DNA from: an uncultured Gammaproteobacteria bacterium
Lineage (GTDB): Bacteria > Patescibacteriota > Patescibacteriia > JAHIZJ01
DNA: 64,000 nucleotides
Direction of reading: 5' to 3'
Assembly: GCA_964594455.1 (NCBI GenBank)
Contig: CAZQLY010000001.1
Coordinates: forward strand, 69,989-133,988
Positions 51,811-62,659 of the stretch are shown here, one piece after another. The notes beneath the pieces were generated by a model. It saw nothing but the letters and a program-made list of their open reading frames with translations. It was not told the DNA's origin and ran no database searches. A program made the translations under genes and the position numbers. How positions within the stretch are numbered: position 1 is the first letter of the stretch; every line of letters starts with the position of its first letter.

Positions 51811-51882
51811 ATCCCTTACTCTCTGTCTAATAATACCTCTAGGTAAATAAAAAACCCGTCCGGTTGCCCAGACGGGAAGTCG

Positions 51883-52221
51883 CTAGGGAGTGTTCTGGCG
51901 ACAGTCGAACAAAATACCAGGTTCAGATAGAACCTTACGTTTCAGCTTAGGATCAAGAGAAAAGGTCGACACAAGCTCCAGGGTTTCGTCACGGTCTAGA
52001 TAGATCCGACGAGGTTTCAAATTTCTTTTCTCGAGATACTTAGCTGCATGTTGCATATCTGAATAGATACTCTGTTCCGTACTTTCTAGCCAGAGAATCC
52101 CATCGTTGAGAATAACGAAGTCCGGCAGATGATCCTGTTCAGACATGATGCTGAATAGCCCGACACCCGCAAGGCAGAGGACCACCGTGCCAAAGATGCT
52201 CGGTATCAACCCCCTTTGCAT
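51883..52221 (-). CDS. hypothetical membrane-anchored protein
   Basis: N-terminal TM. A minus-strand CCCGTC...GACGGG terminator with a T-run lies immediately downstream (51850-51880). Confidence 0.35.
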   Translation of the reverse strand: MQRGLIPSIFGTVVLCLAGVGLFSIMSEQDHLPDFVILNDGILWLESTEQSIYSDMQHAAKYLEKRNLKPRRIYLDRDETLELVSTFSLDPKLKRKVLSEPGILFDCRQNTP

Positions 52222-52384
52222 TACTCTGCCCCCGTTGGAAAAGAGCCGTTGTTCTTCCTTATGACTCCTTCATAAGGAAGTTTTTATCTTACAATAAAGC
52301 AAAATGGAGTGCAAGATGACCATTTTTGGCCTTGTGGATAAGCTGTAAATCAATTATTATTAACGTAGACTATTAAATGAACTC

Positions 52385-53419
52385 ATGAACACACCCTGGA
52401 TAATAACAATTTTTGTACTAATGCTGCTAGGTTTTGCCGTAGTGGTTTTGGTTATTATCTGGCAGTTTAGGAAGATTCAGGCCAATCAGCTAAAAGACTC
52501 CGAGTCTAAAAAAGATCCCTTGATAATGCTAAAGCAGGACATAGAAAGCGTCCGGCGTGATATCCAGAACCAACAATCAGGCAGCTTAAAAGTGGTAAGG
52601 GAAGTGACTGAAAAATTAACCCGCCTGGATGAAACAAATAAGCAGGTAGTTGGTTTCACTGATCAGCTACAACAACTCCAAGATATCTTAAAAAATCCGA
52701 AACAGAGAGGAGTTTTAGGGGAGTATTATTTGGAAACAGTATTGAAGAATGTTTTACCGCCCAAGAATTACCAGTTGCAATATCCATTTAAAAATAATGA
52801 CAAAGTTGACGCGGTAATATTTATTGGGGAAAAGATAATTCCCATTGATTCAAAATTTTCATTGGAAAATTATAATCGAATATCAGTTGAACGAGATCCG
52901 ACTGAACGCGAACGTTTGGAAAAATTATTTAAACAAGACCTTAAAAACAGGATTGACGAAACAGCCAAGTATATTCGTCCCAGTGAAAAAACTATGGATT
53001 TTGCTTTTATGTTTATTCCAGCTGAGGCTATTTATTATGATTTGTTAGTTAACCAAATTGGCACCGTTAAGTTGAACACTCGTGATTTGATAGAATACGC
53101 TTTCAAAGACAAACACGTGATAATAGTTTCTCCGACTTCCTTCTTTGCCTATTTGCAAACGGTTTTACAGGGATTAAGAGCGCTACAGATAGAGGAGTCG
53201 GCTAAGGAGATTAGGAAAAATGTTGAGCAGCTGGCTAGGCACTTGTTAAGTTACGAAGCACATTTCGGCAGATTAGGGAATCAATTACAAACTACTGTCA
53301 AAACTTACAACACTACGTCAAAGGAGTTTAGTAAAATCAACAAGGATGTCTATCGTATAACTGGCCAGGAAAAAAAGACCAGCCAAAAGGTTTTTGATAT
53401 ACCAGATCAAGAGGAATAA
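52385..53419 (+). CDS. rmuC: DNA recombination protein RmuC
   Basis: N-terminal TM, long coiled coil, and a C-terminal 'FAFMFIPAEAIYYDLL' core of the RmuC family. Confidence 0.65.
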   Translation: MNTPWIITIFVLMLLGFAVVVLVIIWQFRKIQANQLKDSESKKDPLIMLKQDIESVRRDIQNQQSGSLKVVREVTEKLTRLDETNKQVVGFTDQLQQLQDILKNPKQRGVLGEYYLETVLKNVLPPKNYQLQYPFKNNDKVDAVIFIGEKIIPIDSKFSLENYNRISVERDPTERERLEKLFKQDLKNRIDETAKYIRPSEKTMDFAFMFIPAEAIYYDLLVNQIGTVKLNTRDLIEYAFKDKHVIIVSPTSFFAYLQTVLQGLRALQIEESAKEIRKNVEQLARHLLSYEAHFGRLGNQLQTTVKTYNTTSKEFSKINKDVYRITGQEKKTSQKVFDIPDQEE

Positions 53420-53872
53420 GTAAAATAAAAAAGGCTGATTGCTATGATTTAGCCTTTTTGTTTATTTAATTTCGTTTTTTAATCTGCGGCTAGCTTCACG
53501 GAATTTGCGAAATGCAATTTTGAGTTCTAGGAGTGACTGGAGACTATCTCTTCTAGTTTTATCATATCTCTTGTTGGTTTCCGGTCTCACTTTTGTAATT
53601 ATCCTTTAAATTTTATTTTTGTTTTAAAAAAATTGTGTGCAATAGTATTAATATTAGCGTAAAAAAATACAATTGTCAATGATAAAAGTCTCGACCCCAA
53701 TATATTGCTATAAAGTTTTTTATTTTGTCCAAGAGATAGTTTAACTATTTCGTATTGTGAAAAAAGTTATCAATTTGCGGTTGGGGAAATCCAAAAAAAT
53801 TAAAAATGTTGAAATATTATTTAATAGGTATTTAATATTTTTGGCTAATATTAGAGATATAAATGTTTACCC

Positions 53873-53906
53873 CTTGATTATTTGCCTTAGGTTGGGTAGA
53901 ATACCG
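53873..53906 (+). promoter_or_regulatory. candidate promoter of the A/V-ATPase operon
   Basis: TTGATT, 17-nt spacer, TAGAAT within a 550-nt AT-rich leader. Other candidate promoters exist in the same leader. Confidence 0.25.
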
Positions 53907-53968
53907 TCGAATAGTAGTGGATAACTCACATATTCTTTAATTTTGATATTAATAAAAATTATACGGCG

Positions 53969-54286
53969 ATGAACGACAATCCATTAAAAACAATTCAAAA
54001 AACCGAATCTGAGTTGAAGCAAAAAATTCAGAATAAAAAAACGGAGTCTGAAAATAAGATTGCCGATTTTAAACGTGAACAAGAAAAAGCTTTATCTGAG
54101 CAGTTTCAGGCTCTGGCTCCGGAATTGAAAAAGATAAAAGCCCAGGTTTTGAGCGATTCTAAGAAAAAAATAACTGTCCAGCAAAAAAACTATCAATCGG
54201 AAATAGATGAGTTGGAAAAGATAAACAAAAAATTATTAGATCAATTGGCTGATAAAATAGTATCAAAGGTAGCCGAGGTGTATTAA
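53969..54286 (+). CDS. atpH: A/V-type ATPase peripheral-stalk subunit (H/G-like)
   Basis: 105-aa coiled-coil protein at the head of the operon. Confidence 0.5.
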   Translation: MNDNPLKTIQKTESELKQKIQNKKTESENKIADFKREQEKALSEQFQALAPELKKIKAQVLSDSKKKITVQQKNYQSEIDELEKINKKLLDQLADKIVSKVAEVY

Positions 54287-54287
54287 A

Positions 54288-56267
54288 ATGGCAATTGCAG
54301 AAGTTAAAAAAATAGGATTAATCGGATTAAAGCGGGACCAAGGAGCTGTCATTGATGCTTTGTATGATTTTAGCCAGCTGCAGATAATCGGAGTCAATCA
54401 AGAGGGTGCGCTGAGCAACGATGCGATAAGTGAGTTGGATTACCGGCTGGCTCAGTTAAAATTTGCTCTGGAGTTCGTTGAGCGTTACGCTGAACCAGAA
54501 AAAATTAGCTTGAAGCAAAAGCTGGAAAAAATGGCTAGCCGAGGACTTCATGTTTCAAAGAAAAAAATAGATCAGCTAGTCACAGATTTTGATTATAAAA
54601 AAGTCATTGCCGAGGCTGAGAGGCTAGAGGAAAATATTAATAACAAGCAAACCCTGGTCACAAATATTCAGTCAGAAATAAATGAGCTGGAACCTTGGGT
54701 TGATTTGAAATTTAATTACCAAGAAAAGGCTACAGACAAAGCTTCAGCCAGTATCGGGACGATCAGCGATCTGGGTTATGCCGGCTTGATCAAAGATTTT
54801 GAGGACAAGAAGGTTCCTTGCGAAGTTCAAATTATCGGCCAGAAGGAGAAAGAGGTTAAAGTCTTAGTGGTGTATTTGAATCAGGTTAGCGTTCAAGTGC
54901 GGGAAATATTAAGCCAAAATGATTTCAGAGAAGTTCTCTTGCCGGAAATTACAGCTGCGCCTCAAACCGCTATTGCTGAAAAGAAAAAAGCTATTGACCA
55001 ACTAAACGCAGAAATTGATAAATTAACCCAAGCCGCCAAGAATCTTTCTCTTCACCGAGAAAATCTTCAGATTTTATTTGATTACACAACTTGGCAGCGT
55101 GATAAAACAGCCGCTTCATTCCAGGCTTTGTCCCAAGATAAAACATTTTATATAACTGGCTATGTTGCCAAAGATCGCTTATCAGAATTAGAAAAACGCA
55201 TTGGCAAAGTCACCAGCGATTACTATATAAGTGAACTGCCTATAGAGAAAGATGAAGATCTACCGGTGATTCTACGGAACAATCGATCCATCTTCCCATT
55301 TGAGACGGTAACCAACGTCTACGGTGCGCCCAAGCCAAATGAAATAGATCCCACGCCATTTTTGGCTCCATTTTTTATATTATTTTTCGGCATCTGCTTG
55401 TCTGATGCTGGATACGGATTATTACTGGGCGGTATGGCTTTTTTAGCAATTAAGATTTTTAAACTGCCGCCTAACAAACAAGGATTTTTTAGACTATTTG
55501 TTTATGCTGGCATAGTAACGTTTATTATCGGTGCTTTGTTTGGTGGCTGGTTCGGTGTAGCGTTGGAAGATTTGCCTGATAGTGCCATCAAGAGCGCCTT
55601 ACTGTCGGTTAAGATAATCGATCCGGTAACCAATCCTTTGACCATGTTAGTCTTTTCTATGATTCTGGGTGTGATTCAAGTGGTAACCGGCATCGTGGTA
55701 AATTTCTATTACCAGATCAAGCAAAAAGATTGGGGCAAGGCTTTTGACGCCGGGGCTTGGATATTTCTTTTGCTGGGTGTTATTTTCTGGCTGGTGGCTG
55801 GGCAAGTCGTTAAAAATGCCGGTCTGCAGCAAATCGGCCAGTATTGGATATATGCCGGAGTGGCCGTATTGGTTTTGACCCAAGGCCGCCGGCAAAAGAG
55901 TATCATTATGAAAATACCAGCCGGCATTTTGAGCTTATATGACCTGGTTGGATATTTTTCCGATGTTATGTCATATTCACGCCTCCTGGCTCTGGGGCTA
56001 TCTACTGGAATTATCGCTTTTGTAATCAATATGGTAGCCATGTTGTTTAAAGATATGATTCCATTTATCGGTTGGCCCGTGGCTATAGGCATACTGATTG
56101 GAGGACACTTGTTTAACTTAGCCATCAATGCCTTAGGCTCGTTCATCCATTCTGGACGTCTGCAGTATGTGGAGTTTTTCCCGAAATTCATGGAAGGTGG
56201 CGGCAGTAGGTTTCAGCCCTTGGCTAAGCAAGCAAAGTACGTAAACATTGATAAAGAAGATAATTAA
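54288..56267 (+). CDS. atpI: A/V-type ATPase subunit I (a-subunit)
   Basis: 659 aa with a soluble N-terminal half and a C-terminal multi-TM domain. Gene position in the operon. Confidence 0.75.
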   Translation: MAIAEVKKIGLIGLKRDQGAVIDALYDFSQLQIIGVNQEGALSNDAISELDYRLAQLKFALEFVERYAEPEKISLKQKLEKMASRGLHVSKKKIDQLVTDFDYKKVIAEAERLEENINNKQTLVTNIQSEINELEPWVDLKFNYQEKATDKASASIGTISDLGYAGLIKDFEDKKVPCEVQIIGQKEKEVKVLVVYLNQVSVQVREILSQNDFREVLLPEITAAPQTAIAEKKKAIDQLNAEIDKLTQAAKNLSLHRENLQILFDYTTWQRDKTAASFQALSQDKTFYITGYVAKDRLSELEKRIGKVTSDYYISELPIEKDEDLPVILRNNRSIFPFETVTNVYGAPKPNEIDPTPFLAPFFILFFGICLSDAGYGLLLGGMAFLAIKIFKLPPNKQGFFRLFVYAGIVTFIIGALFGGWFGVALEDLPDSAIKSALLSVKIIDPVTNPLTMLVFSMILGVIQVVTGIVVNFYYQIKQKDWGKAFDAGAWIFLLLGVIFWLVAGQVVKNAGLQQIGQYWIYAGVAVLVLTQGRRQKSIIMKIPAGILSLYDLVGYFSDVMSYSRLLALGLSTGIIAFVINMVAMLFKDMIPFIGWPVAIGILIGGHLFNLAINALGSFIHSGRLQYVEFFPKFMEGGGSRFQPLAKQAKYVNIDKEDN

Positions 56268-56317
56268 AATAATTAATTTAAGTGCTGGATAAGCACTAAG
56301 TAAGAAAGGATAAAAAA

Positions 56318-56788
56318 ATGGGTTTAGCATTAGCAATCGCAGGAGCAACCACAGCCGTTATATTGGCTGGTATTGGTTCTGTGCTCGGTACTGGCACAGC
56401 CGGCCGTGCAGCCTCAGGACTAGTGTCTGTTGCTCCTGAACAATTCGGTAAAGTACTGCTTTTGCAGGCATTACCCGGAACTCAGGGTATTTATGGATTT
56501 TTGGGAGCGATTATGGCTCTGCAAAAGATTGGTTTATTGGGCGGTGAATCTGTTGAGTTGTCCATGGCTCTGGGTTGGCAAGTATTCTTTGCTTGTTTGC
56601 CAATAGCTTTGACTGGTTTATTCTCAGGTTGGTTCCAGGGCAAAGTATCAGCCGCTGCTGTCGGCATTGTCGGCAAGAAACCGACTGAAGTTGGTAAAGG
56701 TATTATCTTAGCCGCCGTTGTAGAAACCTATGCCGTACTCGGCTTGCTGGCTACAATTCTTTTGCTTAACGGCATTAATGTTGCCTAA
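56318..56788 (+). CDS. atpK: A/V-type ATPase subunit K (proteolipid c)
   Basis: 'AIAGATTAVILAGIGSVLGTGTAGRAASG' proteolipid helices. 156 aa. Confidence 0.8.
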   Translation: MGLALAIAGATTAVILAGIGSVLGTGTAGRAASGLVSVAPEQFGKVLLLQALPGTQGIYGFLGAIMALQKIGLLGGESVELSMALGWQVFFACLPIALTGLFSGWFQGKVSAAAVGIVGKKPTEVGKGIILAAVVETYAVLGLLATILLLNGINVA

Positions 56789-56790
56789 AA

Positions 56791-57360
56791 ATGAGTCTGA
56801 ATAACATTATCAAAACATTAGAAACCGAGACGCAAAAAGAGATTGAAGCAATAGAACAAAGTACTCAGGAATCTCTGGCTAAGTTAGCCAAAGAATATGA
56901 GCAGAAACTGACTAATTCCAAAGATGAGATCCTCACCCAGGCCAATTCCGAAGCCCAGAGAACAGCTGATTTGCACCTGTTTGCCGAACAGACAGAATTG
57001 AAGAAACAGGTTCTGCAGAAAAAAAGAAGCTTGATCGATAATATCTATCAGCAAGCTATTGGAAAACTTAGTAAGCTGCCTGATTCGGAATACCAAAAGA
57101 TGATAGTGACTCTATTGAAGCAACTACCAGTACAGAGTGGGTCAATTATTCCGGCCCAGGGTCGGGAGAAAGTTACTCGGGAAGCTGTTAAAAAATCAAA
57201 AGGCCAGTTTCAAGTTTCTTCCGAGACGGTAGATTCGGCTGGCGGATTTATCTGGTATTCGGAAAAGATGAATATCGACAACACCTTTGAACAGTTAGTT
57301 AGAAACGCCAGAGAAGAAACTGAGATAGAAATCGCTCAAGAATTATTTAAGAACAAATGA
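56791..57360 (+). CDS. atpE: A/V-type ATPase subunit E
   Basis: 189-aa coiled-coil protein with a C-terminal globular part, at the canonical operon position. Confidence 0.65.
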   Translation: MSLNNIIKTLETETQKEIEAIEQSTQESLAKLAKEYEQKLTNSKDEILTQANSEAQRTADLHLFAEQTELKKQVLQKKRSLIDNIYQQAIGKLSKLPDSEYQKMIVTLLKQLPVQSGSIIPAQGREKVTREAVKKSKGQFQVSSETVDSAGGFIWYSEKMNIDNTFEQLVRNAREETEIEIAQELFKNK

Positions 57361-58352
57361 GTCGAGATGGATATCTCTATGCGGCCGGAGTAATCAGGCA
57401 CTTAGAGACAAAATTATTAGATCCTACTGATTTGGAGAGAATGGTTGACTCTGAGGATCTCAAGGCTGCTTTTAAAGTGTTTCATGACACCGACTTCTTT
57501 GATAATGTCCTGGATGTTTCACCTAGAGAATACTTAAAGGCCCTGGATGCCGATTTGCTCCAAGCCAAACAGAACTTAGCAGAAATGCTCCCGGACGAGA
57601 AAATGCTTAAGCTGTTATTTTTGAGATTTGATTTTCATAATCTCAAACTGCTCTTGAAGGCAAAGTACAGCCAGAGCAATTTTGATAGTCAGGCTTCGGA
57701 CTTAGGTTTGGTTGGATACGATGTTTTGAAAGAGGCGATCAAAGAAAACCGCCCGGAAGATTTGGATGACGACTACAAAAACGTTCTTATTAAATTCAAT
57801 GAAGAGATTGGTGATACTGAGCCAGCACCATCGTTAATCGACAGGATTATCGATCGTGAGTACTTCAAGCTCTATTACCAAACAGCAAAAGCAGTCAAAA
57901 GCAAATTCGTGCTCGAGTTTGCGAAGCTGCAGTTTGATATTGCCAATATAAAGATATTTATCCGTTCCAAGATTCTAGGACTACCAGCAGAAGAATGGTT
58001 GGCTGATATGATTGATAATGGCAATCTGGCTACGGACGAGTATACCAATATTGCCGAGAAGTCGGTAGATGAAGCTTTGGGCCAGTTGGCACAATTATTG
58101 CAGTTTGGAACTGACGAGGCGGTCAGTGATTATCTTCAGCATAAGTCGTTGGCTAAGCTGGAACAGGCGCTGGAAGAAGTAGAAATGGATTATTTGCGCC
58201 AGGCTAAATATATTGATTACGGTCCGGAAATGATTTTAGCTTATTTTTATGCTAAAAAGAGTGCCATCCGGAATGTCAGACTAATCATGACTGCCAAACT
58301 AAATGATCTACCAGCTAGTGAAATAAAAACTAAGACCAGAGAACTTTATTAA
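57357..58352 (+). CDS. atpC: A/V-type ATPase subunit C (d)
   Basis: 331 aa at the canonical operon position. ATGA overlap with the upstream gene. Confidence 0.6.
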   Translation: MSRDGYLYAAGVIRHLETKLLDPTDLERMVDSEDLKAAFKVFHDTDFFDNVLDVSPREYLKALDADLLQAKQNLAEMLPDEKMLKLLFLRFDFHNLKLLLKAKYSQSNFDSQASDLGLVGYDVLKEAIKENRPEDLDDDYKNVLIKFNEEIGDTEPAPSLIDRIIDREYFKLYYQTAKAVKSKFVLEFAKLQFDIANIKIFIRSKILGLPAEEWLADMIDNGNLATDEYTNIAEKSVDEALGQLAQLLQFGTDEAVSDYLQHKSLAKLEQALEEVEMDYLRQAKYIDYGPEMILAYFYAKKSAIRNVRLIMTAKLNDLPASEIKTKTRELY

Positions 58353-58357
58353 AAATA

Positions 58358-58693
58358 ATGGATCAACAAGATTTACAATACACGATAGCGATAATCGGAT
58401 CACCCAATGCTATCTTAGGTTTTAAGGCCTTGGGAGTAACCGCTTTTCCAGTAGCCACCAAAGAAGAGGGGCAGCAAGTTTTGGAAAAAATAAAAGAGGG
58501 AAGATATGCTATTTTACTAGTTACGGAAGATTGGGCTAGAGAGCTTCAAACCGAGTTGGATGAAATAAGACAAATGACTTTACCAGCGGTTTCAGTTTTG
58601 CCTTCGCAATCAGGCAGTCAAGGGCTGGGTGAACAAGAATTGAGAAGAACAGTAGAGCAGGCTGTCGGCAGCGACATTTTATTTAAAGAATAA
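58358..58693 (+). CDS. atpF: A/V-type ATPase subunit F
   Basis: 111 aa at the canonical operon position. Confidence 0.55.
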   Translation: MDQQDLQYTIAIIGSPNAILGFKALGVTAFPVATKEEGQQVLEKIKEGRYAILLVTEDWARELQTELDEIRQMTLPAVSVLPSQSGSQGLGEQELRRTVEQAVGSDILFKE

Positions 58694-58718
58694 TTATAAA
58701 TAAATTAATCGAATATTT

Positions 58719-60464
58719 ATGAAAACTCAGACAGGTAAAATTATCAAAGTATCAGGACCGCTCGTAGTCGCTTCAGGAATGAGTGGCGCTAAGATGTATG
58801 AAGTGGTGAAGGTTTCTGATAAGAAATTGATCGGTGAGATTATCCGATTGGATGGCGATATGGCCTTTATCCAGGTTTACGAAGATACAGCCGGATTGGG
58901 GCCGGATGAACCGGTATTCCGAACCGAAATGCCCCTGACCGTTACCTTGGGGCCAGGCCTGTTAACCTCTTTTTATGACGGTATCCAGCGCCCGTTGGTT
59001 TCACTTCAGAAAAAGGCTGGTGCTTATATAACCAGAGGCATTGAAGTGCCTGCTTTGGATGAAGAGAAGAAATGGGATTTTAAAGCTATCGTCAAAAAGG
59101 GTGACAAAGTTGTAGCCGGTGATGTATTAGGCGAAGTTGCGGAAACTAGTTTAATTACACACAAGGTATTAGTACCGCCCCAGATCAAAGTGGGTACTGT
59201 CAAAAACATTTCTTCGGGTAAGTTTACCGTCAGAGAAGTAGTAGCTGAGGTGGACAACCAAAAAGTTACCATGGCTCAAGAATGGCCGATTCGCGACCCC
59301 AGACCCTCTAAGCAGAAAATCGCTCCCGATATTCCTTTGATTACCGGACAGAGAATTATCGATACTTTTTTTCCGATAGCCAAAGGTGGAGCGGGTTGTA
59401 TTCCTGGACCCTTTGGCGCCGGTAAAACTGTTATTCAGCATCAATTGGCTAAATGGGCCGATGCTGACGTTATTATCTTTATCGGTTGCGGTGAGCGCGG
59501 CAATGAGATGACTGATGTGCTAATGGAATTTCCTGAGCTGAAGGATCCGAAGAGTGGCCAGCCTTTAATGGAACGAACCGTGTTAATCGCAAACACTTCC
59601 AATATGCCGGTAGCAGCCCGAGAAGCCTCGGTCTATACTGGCATTACCATCGCGGAATATTTCCGGGATATGGGCTATCACGTAGCCTTAATGGCTGATT
59701 CCACTTCACGCTGGGCTGAGGCTCTGCGTGAGATTTCCGGTCGTTTGGAAGAAATGCCTGGTGAAGAAGGCTACCCAGCCTATTTAGGTTCCCGGACCGC
59801 AGCATTTTACGAACGAGCTGGTATTGTGGAAACATTGGGTTCAGAACGGCGTCAGGGTTCGCTCACAGTTGTCGGAGCAGTATCGCCTCCAGGAGGTGAC
59901 TTGTCTGAGCCAGTTACTCAGAACACCTTACGTGTAACCAAGGTTTTTTGGTCATTGGAAGCACAATTAGCCTATCGTAGACATTTCCCTTCGATTAACT
60001 GGTTGACCAGCTATTCGTTATATACCGATGATTTAAGCGCCTATTTCAAAAAAGTAGCCGCTGACGACTTCTTTGACTTGAGAATTGAAGCCATGTCATT
60101 GCTACAAAAAGAAGCCGAACTGGAAGATATTGTGAGATTAGTTGGTTTGGACGCGCTTTCACACAAAGAACAGTTGGTACTAGAAACCGCCCGATCGCTG
60201 CGTGAAGATTTCTTGATGCAGAACGCTTTTGATGATGTCGACACTTACACCTCGATGAAAAAACAATACTACATGCTGAAAAGCATTTTGACTTTTCATC
60301 AGAGCGCTAACGAAGCCCTAGAACGGGGAGTCAAACTGGATGCTATCAAGGGACTGACAATCCGCGAAAAAATTGGTCGCAGCAAGATGACCGACCCTGA
60401 TAAAATCAGTGAACTGGAGAATTTGGTAACTGAAGTTAAAAACTCGATTGAAGCTCTTAAATAA
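58719..60464 (+). CDS. atpA: A/V-type ATPase catalytic subunit A
   Basis: Walker A 'GPFGAGKTV' and the non-homologous insert typical of A subunits. 581 aa. Confidence 0.9.
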   Translation: MKTQTGKIIKVSGPLVVASGMSGAKMYEVVKVSDKKLIGEIIRLDGDMAFIQVYEDTAGLGPDEPVFRTEMPLTVTLGPGLLTSFYDGIQRPLVSLQKKAGAYITRGIEVPALDEEKKWDFKAIVKKGDKVVAGDVLGEVAETSLITHKVLVPPQIKVGTVKNISSGKFTVREVVAEVDNQKVTMAQEWPIRDPRPSKQKIAPDIPLITGQRIIDTFFPIAKGGAGCIPGPFGAGKTVIQHQLAKWADADVIIFIGCGERGNEMTDVLMEFPELKDPKSGQPLMERTVLIANTSNMPVAAREASVYTGITIAEYFRDMGYHVALMADSTSRWAEALREISGRLEEMPGEEGYPAYLGSRTAAFYERAGIVETLGSERRQGSLTVVGAVSPPGGDLSEPVTQNTLRVTKVFWSLEAQLAYRRHFPSINWLTSYSLYTDDLSAYFKKVAADDFFDLRIEAMSLLQKEAELEDIVRLVGLDALSHKEQLVLETARSLREDFLMQNAFDDVDTYTSMKKQYYMLKSILTFHQSANEALERGVKLDAIKGLTIREKIGRSKMTDPDKISELENLVTEVKNSIEALK

Positions 60465-60485
60465 TTAACCAATAATCACATACTT

Positions 60486-61922
60486 ATGCAGAAAGAATAT
60501 AAAACAATCAAAGAAGTTGCCGGACCGCTCTTGATAGTTGAAGGGATTGAGGGAGTGACTTATGAAGAGCTAGTCGACGTTGAGCTGCCAGACAAGACCA
60601 TCCGGCGCGGTCGCGTCTTGGAAATTTCCAAAGATCGGGCGGTAGTTCAGATGTTTGAAGATACTCGCGGCATCAGCATGCAAGATTCCAAAGTCAGATT
60701 TTTGGGCCGCACCATGGAAGTGCCTGTTTCCACGGACATGTTAGGCAGAATTTTTGATGGAGCTGGAAATCCCAAAGATGGCGGTGGTGAAATTATTGCT
60801 GAGAAAAAGCTCAGTATCTCCGGTAACCCAATCAATCCTTATTCCCGCGACTATCCTAATGACTTTATTCAAACTGGAATTTCCACTATCGATGGCTTGA
60901 ACACCTTAGTACGTGGTCAGAAACTACCGATATTTTCCGGGGCTGGCTTACCGCACAACTACATGGCCGCTCAGATTGCTCGACAAGCCAAAGTGGTACA
61001 GGTATCGCCAGACGGAAAGGTAAAAGCTGACGAGTCAAAATTTGCTGTGGTTTTTGGAGCGATGGGTATTACCTTTGAAGAAGCCGAATATTTCTCCAAT
61101 GAATTTCATCAAACCGGCGCTATCGAAAGAGCAGTCATGTATATTAACCTGGCTAATGATCCAGTAGTGGAACGTATCACCCTGCCTCGTTTGGCTCTGA
61201 CTACGGCTGAGTATTTGGCTTTTGAAAAAGGAATGCACGTCTTGGTTATATTAACTGACATGACTAACTACTGCGAGGCTCTGCGTGAAGTTTCTGCTGC
61301 TAGAAAAGAAGTTCCCGGCCGCCGTGGTTATCCAGGTTATCTCTATACTGACTTGTCTACAATATACGAGCGCGCTGGGCGCATCAAAGGTAAAAAGGGT
61401 TCAATTACCCAGATTCCGATTTTAACCATGCCTGAAGATGACAAAACTCACCCCATTCCTGACTTGACCGGATATATTACTGAGGGCCAGATCATGCTTT
61501 CTCGCTCACTCTACAAACAAGGTATTATGCCTCCGGTGGACGTGCTGCCTTGTCTGTCTCGTTTGATGCCTAAGGGCATTGGTGAGGGCAAAACCCGAGA
61601 AGATCACTCAGGCGTTTTCAACCAGCTCTATGCTGCTTATGCCCGCGGAAAAGAAGCTAAAGAATTAGCAGTTATTTTGGGTGAAGCCGCCCTATCTGAT
61701 GTCGATAAGAAATATGTAGAATTTTCTGATAACTTTGAGAAACGCTACATCACTCAGGGTGAAGATGAAGATCGTGATATTCTCTATACTCTGAATTTGG
61801 GCTGGGAGCTATTCTCGATCCTGCCAAAATCAGAGCTGAAACGTGTTAAAGAAGAACAGATTGAAAAATATTTACCCCAGAAAGAAACCGAGCCGGAGAA
61901 AGAAGCTCAACTAGCAAATTAA
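60486..61922 (+). CDS. atpB: A/V-type ATPase subunit B
   Basis: 478 aa with A/V-type B subunit homology; e.g. '[20 protein letters not shown]'. Confidence 0.9.
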   Translation: MQKEYKTIKEVAGPLLIVEGIEGVTYEELVDVELPDKTIRRGRVLEISKDRAVVQMFEDTRGISMQDSKVRFLGRTMEVPVSTDMLGRIFDGAGNPKDGGGEIIAEKKLSISGNPINPYSRDYPNDFIQTGISTIDGLNTLVRGQKLPIFSGAGLPHNYMAAQIARQAKVVQVSPDGKVKADESKFAVVFGAMGITFEEAEYFSNEFHQTGAIERAVMYINLANDPVVERITLPRLALTTAEYLAFEKGMHVLVILTDMTNYCEALREVSAARKEVPGRRGYPGYLYTDLSTIYERAGRIKGKKGSITQIPILTMPEDDKTHPIPDLTGYITEGQIMLSRSLYKQGIMPPVDVLPCLSRLMPKGIGEGKTREDHSGVFNQLYAAYARGKEAKELAVILGEAALSDVDKKYVEFSDNFEKRYITQGEDEDRDILYTLNLGWELFSILPKSELKRVKEEQIEKYLPQKETEPEKEAQLAN

Positions 61923-62003
61923 GTAACAAATAACGAGTAATAGTTAACAAACAAATATCAAGTCAGTTTATTACTTCTTAATTATTAATTCTGAATTAAA
62001 CAC

Positions 62004-62618
62004 GTGGCGCAAAAAATAAATCCAACTCGAATGGAGCTGATCCGCCTGAAAGCCAGGTTAAAGGTGGCTTTGCGCGGGCATTCTCTTTTGGAAGAGAAAC
62101 GCGATGGTCTGATGAAAGAGTTTATGACCACTATCAAAGAAGCGCGTGATTTGCGAGCCAAGGTGGAGTCAAAAATGGCCGACGGTTTCAAAGCCTTTGT
62201 TTTTGCTGCTGCAGACATGCGTCCTGAGGTAACGGAAGAGGCTTTGGTAGTTCCAGCTAAAAAGACCAAGTTGGAAGTTGATACCCGAAACGTGATGAGT
62301 GTCATGGTACCGTTGTTTCAATATAAGGAAGAGGGGGACTATATCAGCTATTCTCTAGCGACCACTTCATCGGGATTGGACACTTCGTTGAAAATATTTG
62401 CTGATGCCTTACCGAATATTGTTAAGCTGGCTCAAATAGAGCACTCAGCCAGACTTTTAGCAGTTGAAATCGAGAAAACCCGACGCCGAGTCAACGCTTT
62501 GGAATATGTGTTTATTCCAGACATGGAGCATAACATCAAATATATATCCAGCAAACTTGATGAACAAGAACGAGGCACGTTGACGAGCTTGATGCGCATC
62601 AAAGAAACAATGGTGTAA
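62004..62618 (+). CDS. atpD: A/V-type ATPase subunit D
   Basis: 'INPTRMELIRLKARLKVALRGHSLLEEKRDGLMKEF' is the classic subunit D N-terminus. Confidence 0.85.
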   Translation: MAQKINPTRMELIRLKARLKVALRGHSLLEEKRDGLMKEFMTTIKEARDLRAKVESKMADGFKAFVFAAADMRPEVTEEALVVPAKKTKLEVDTRNVMSVMVPLFQYKEEGDYISYSLATTSSGLDTSLKIFADALPNIVKLAQIEHSARLLAVEIEKTRRRVNALEYVFIPDMEHNIKYISSKLDEQERGTLTSLMRIKETMV

Positions 62619-62659
62619 ATTTGTAATACTTATATAAAAAAGAACAGGTTATCATGACC

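Noticed and set aside
51540-51880. Region considered as RNase P RNA or SRP RNA
   Set aside because: There are only partial, out-of-order resemblances to the RNase P GGUAAGAGCGCACC and P4 motifs, and no GGAAGCAGCC SRP motif. It is left as an unclassified structured region.
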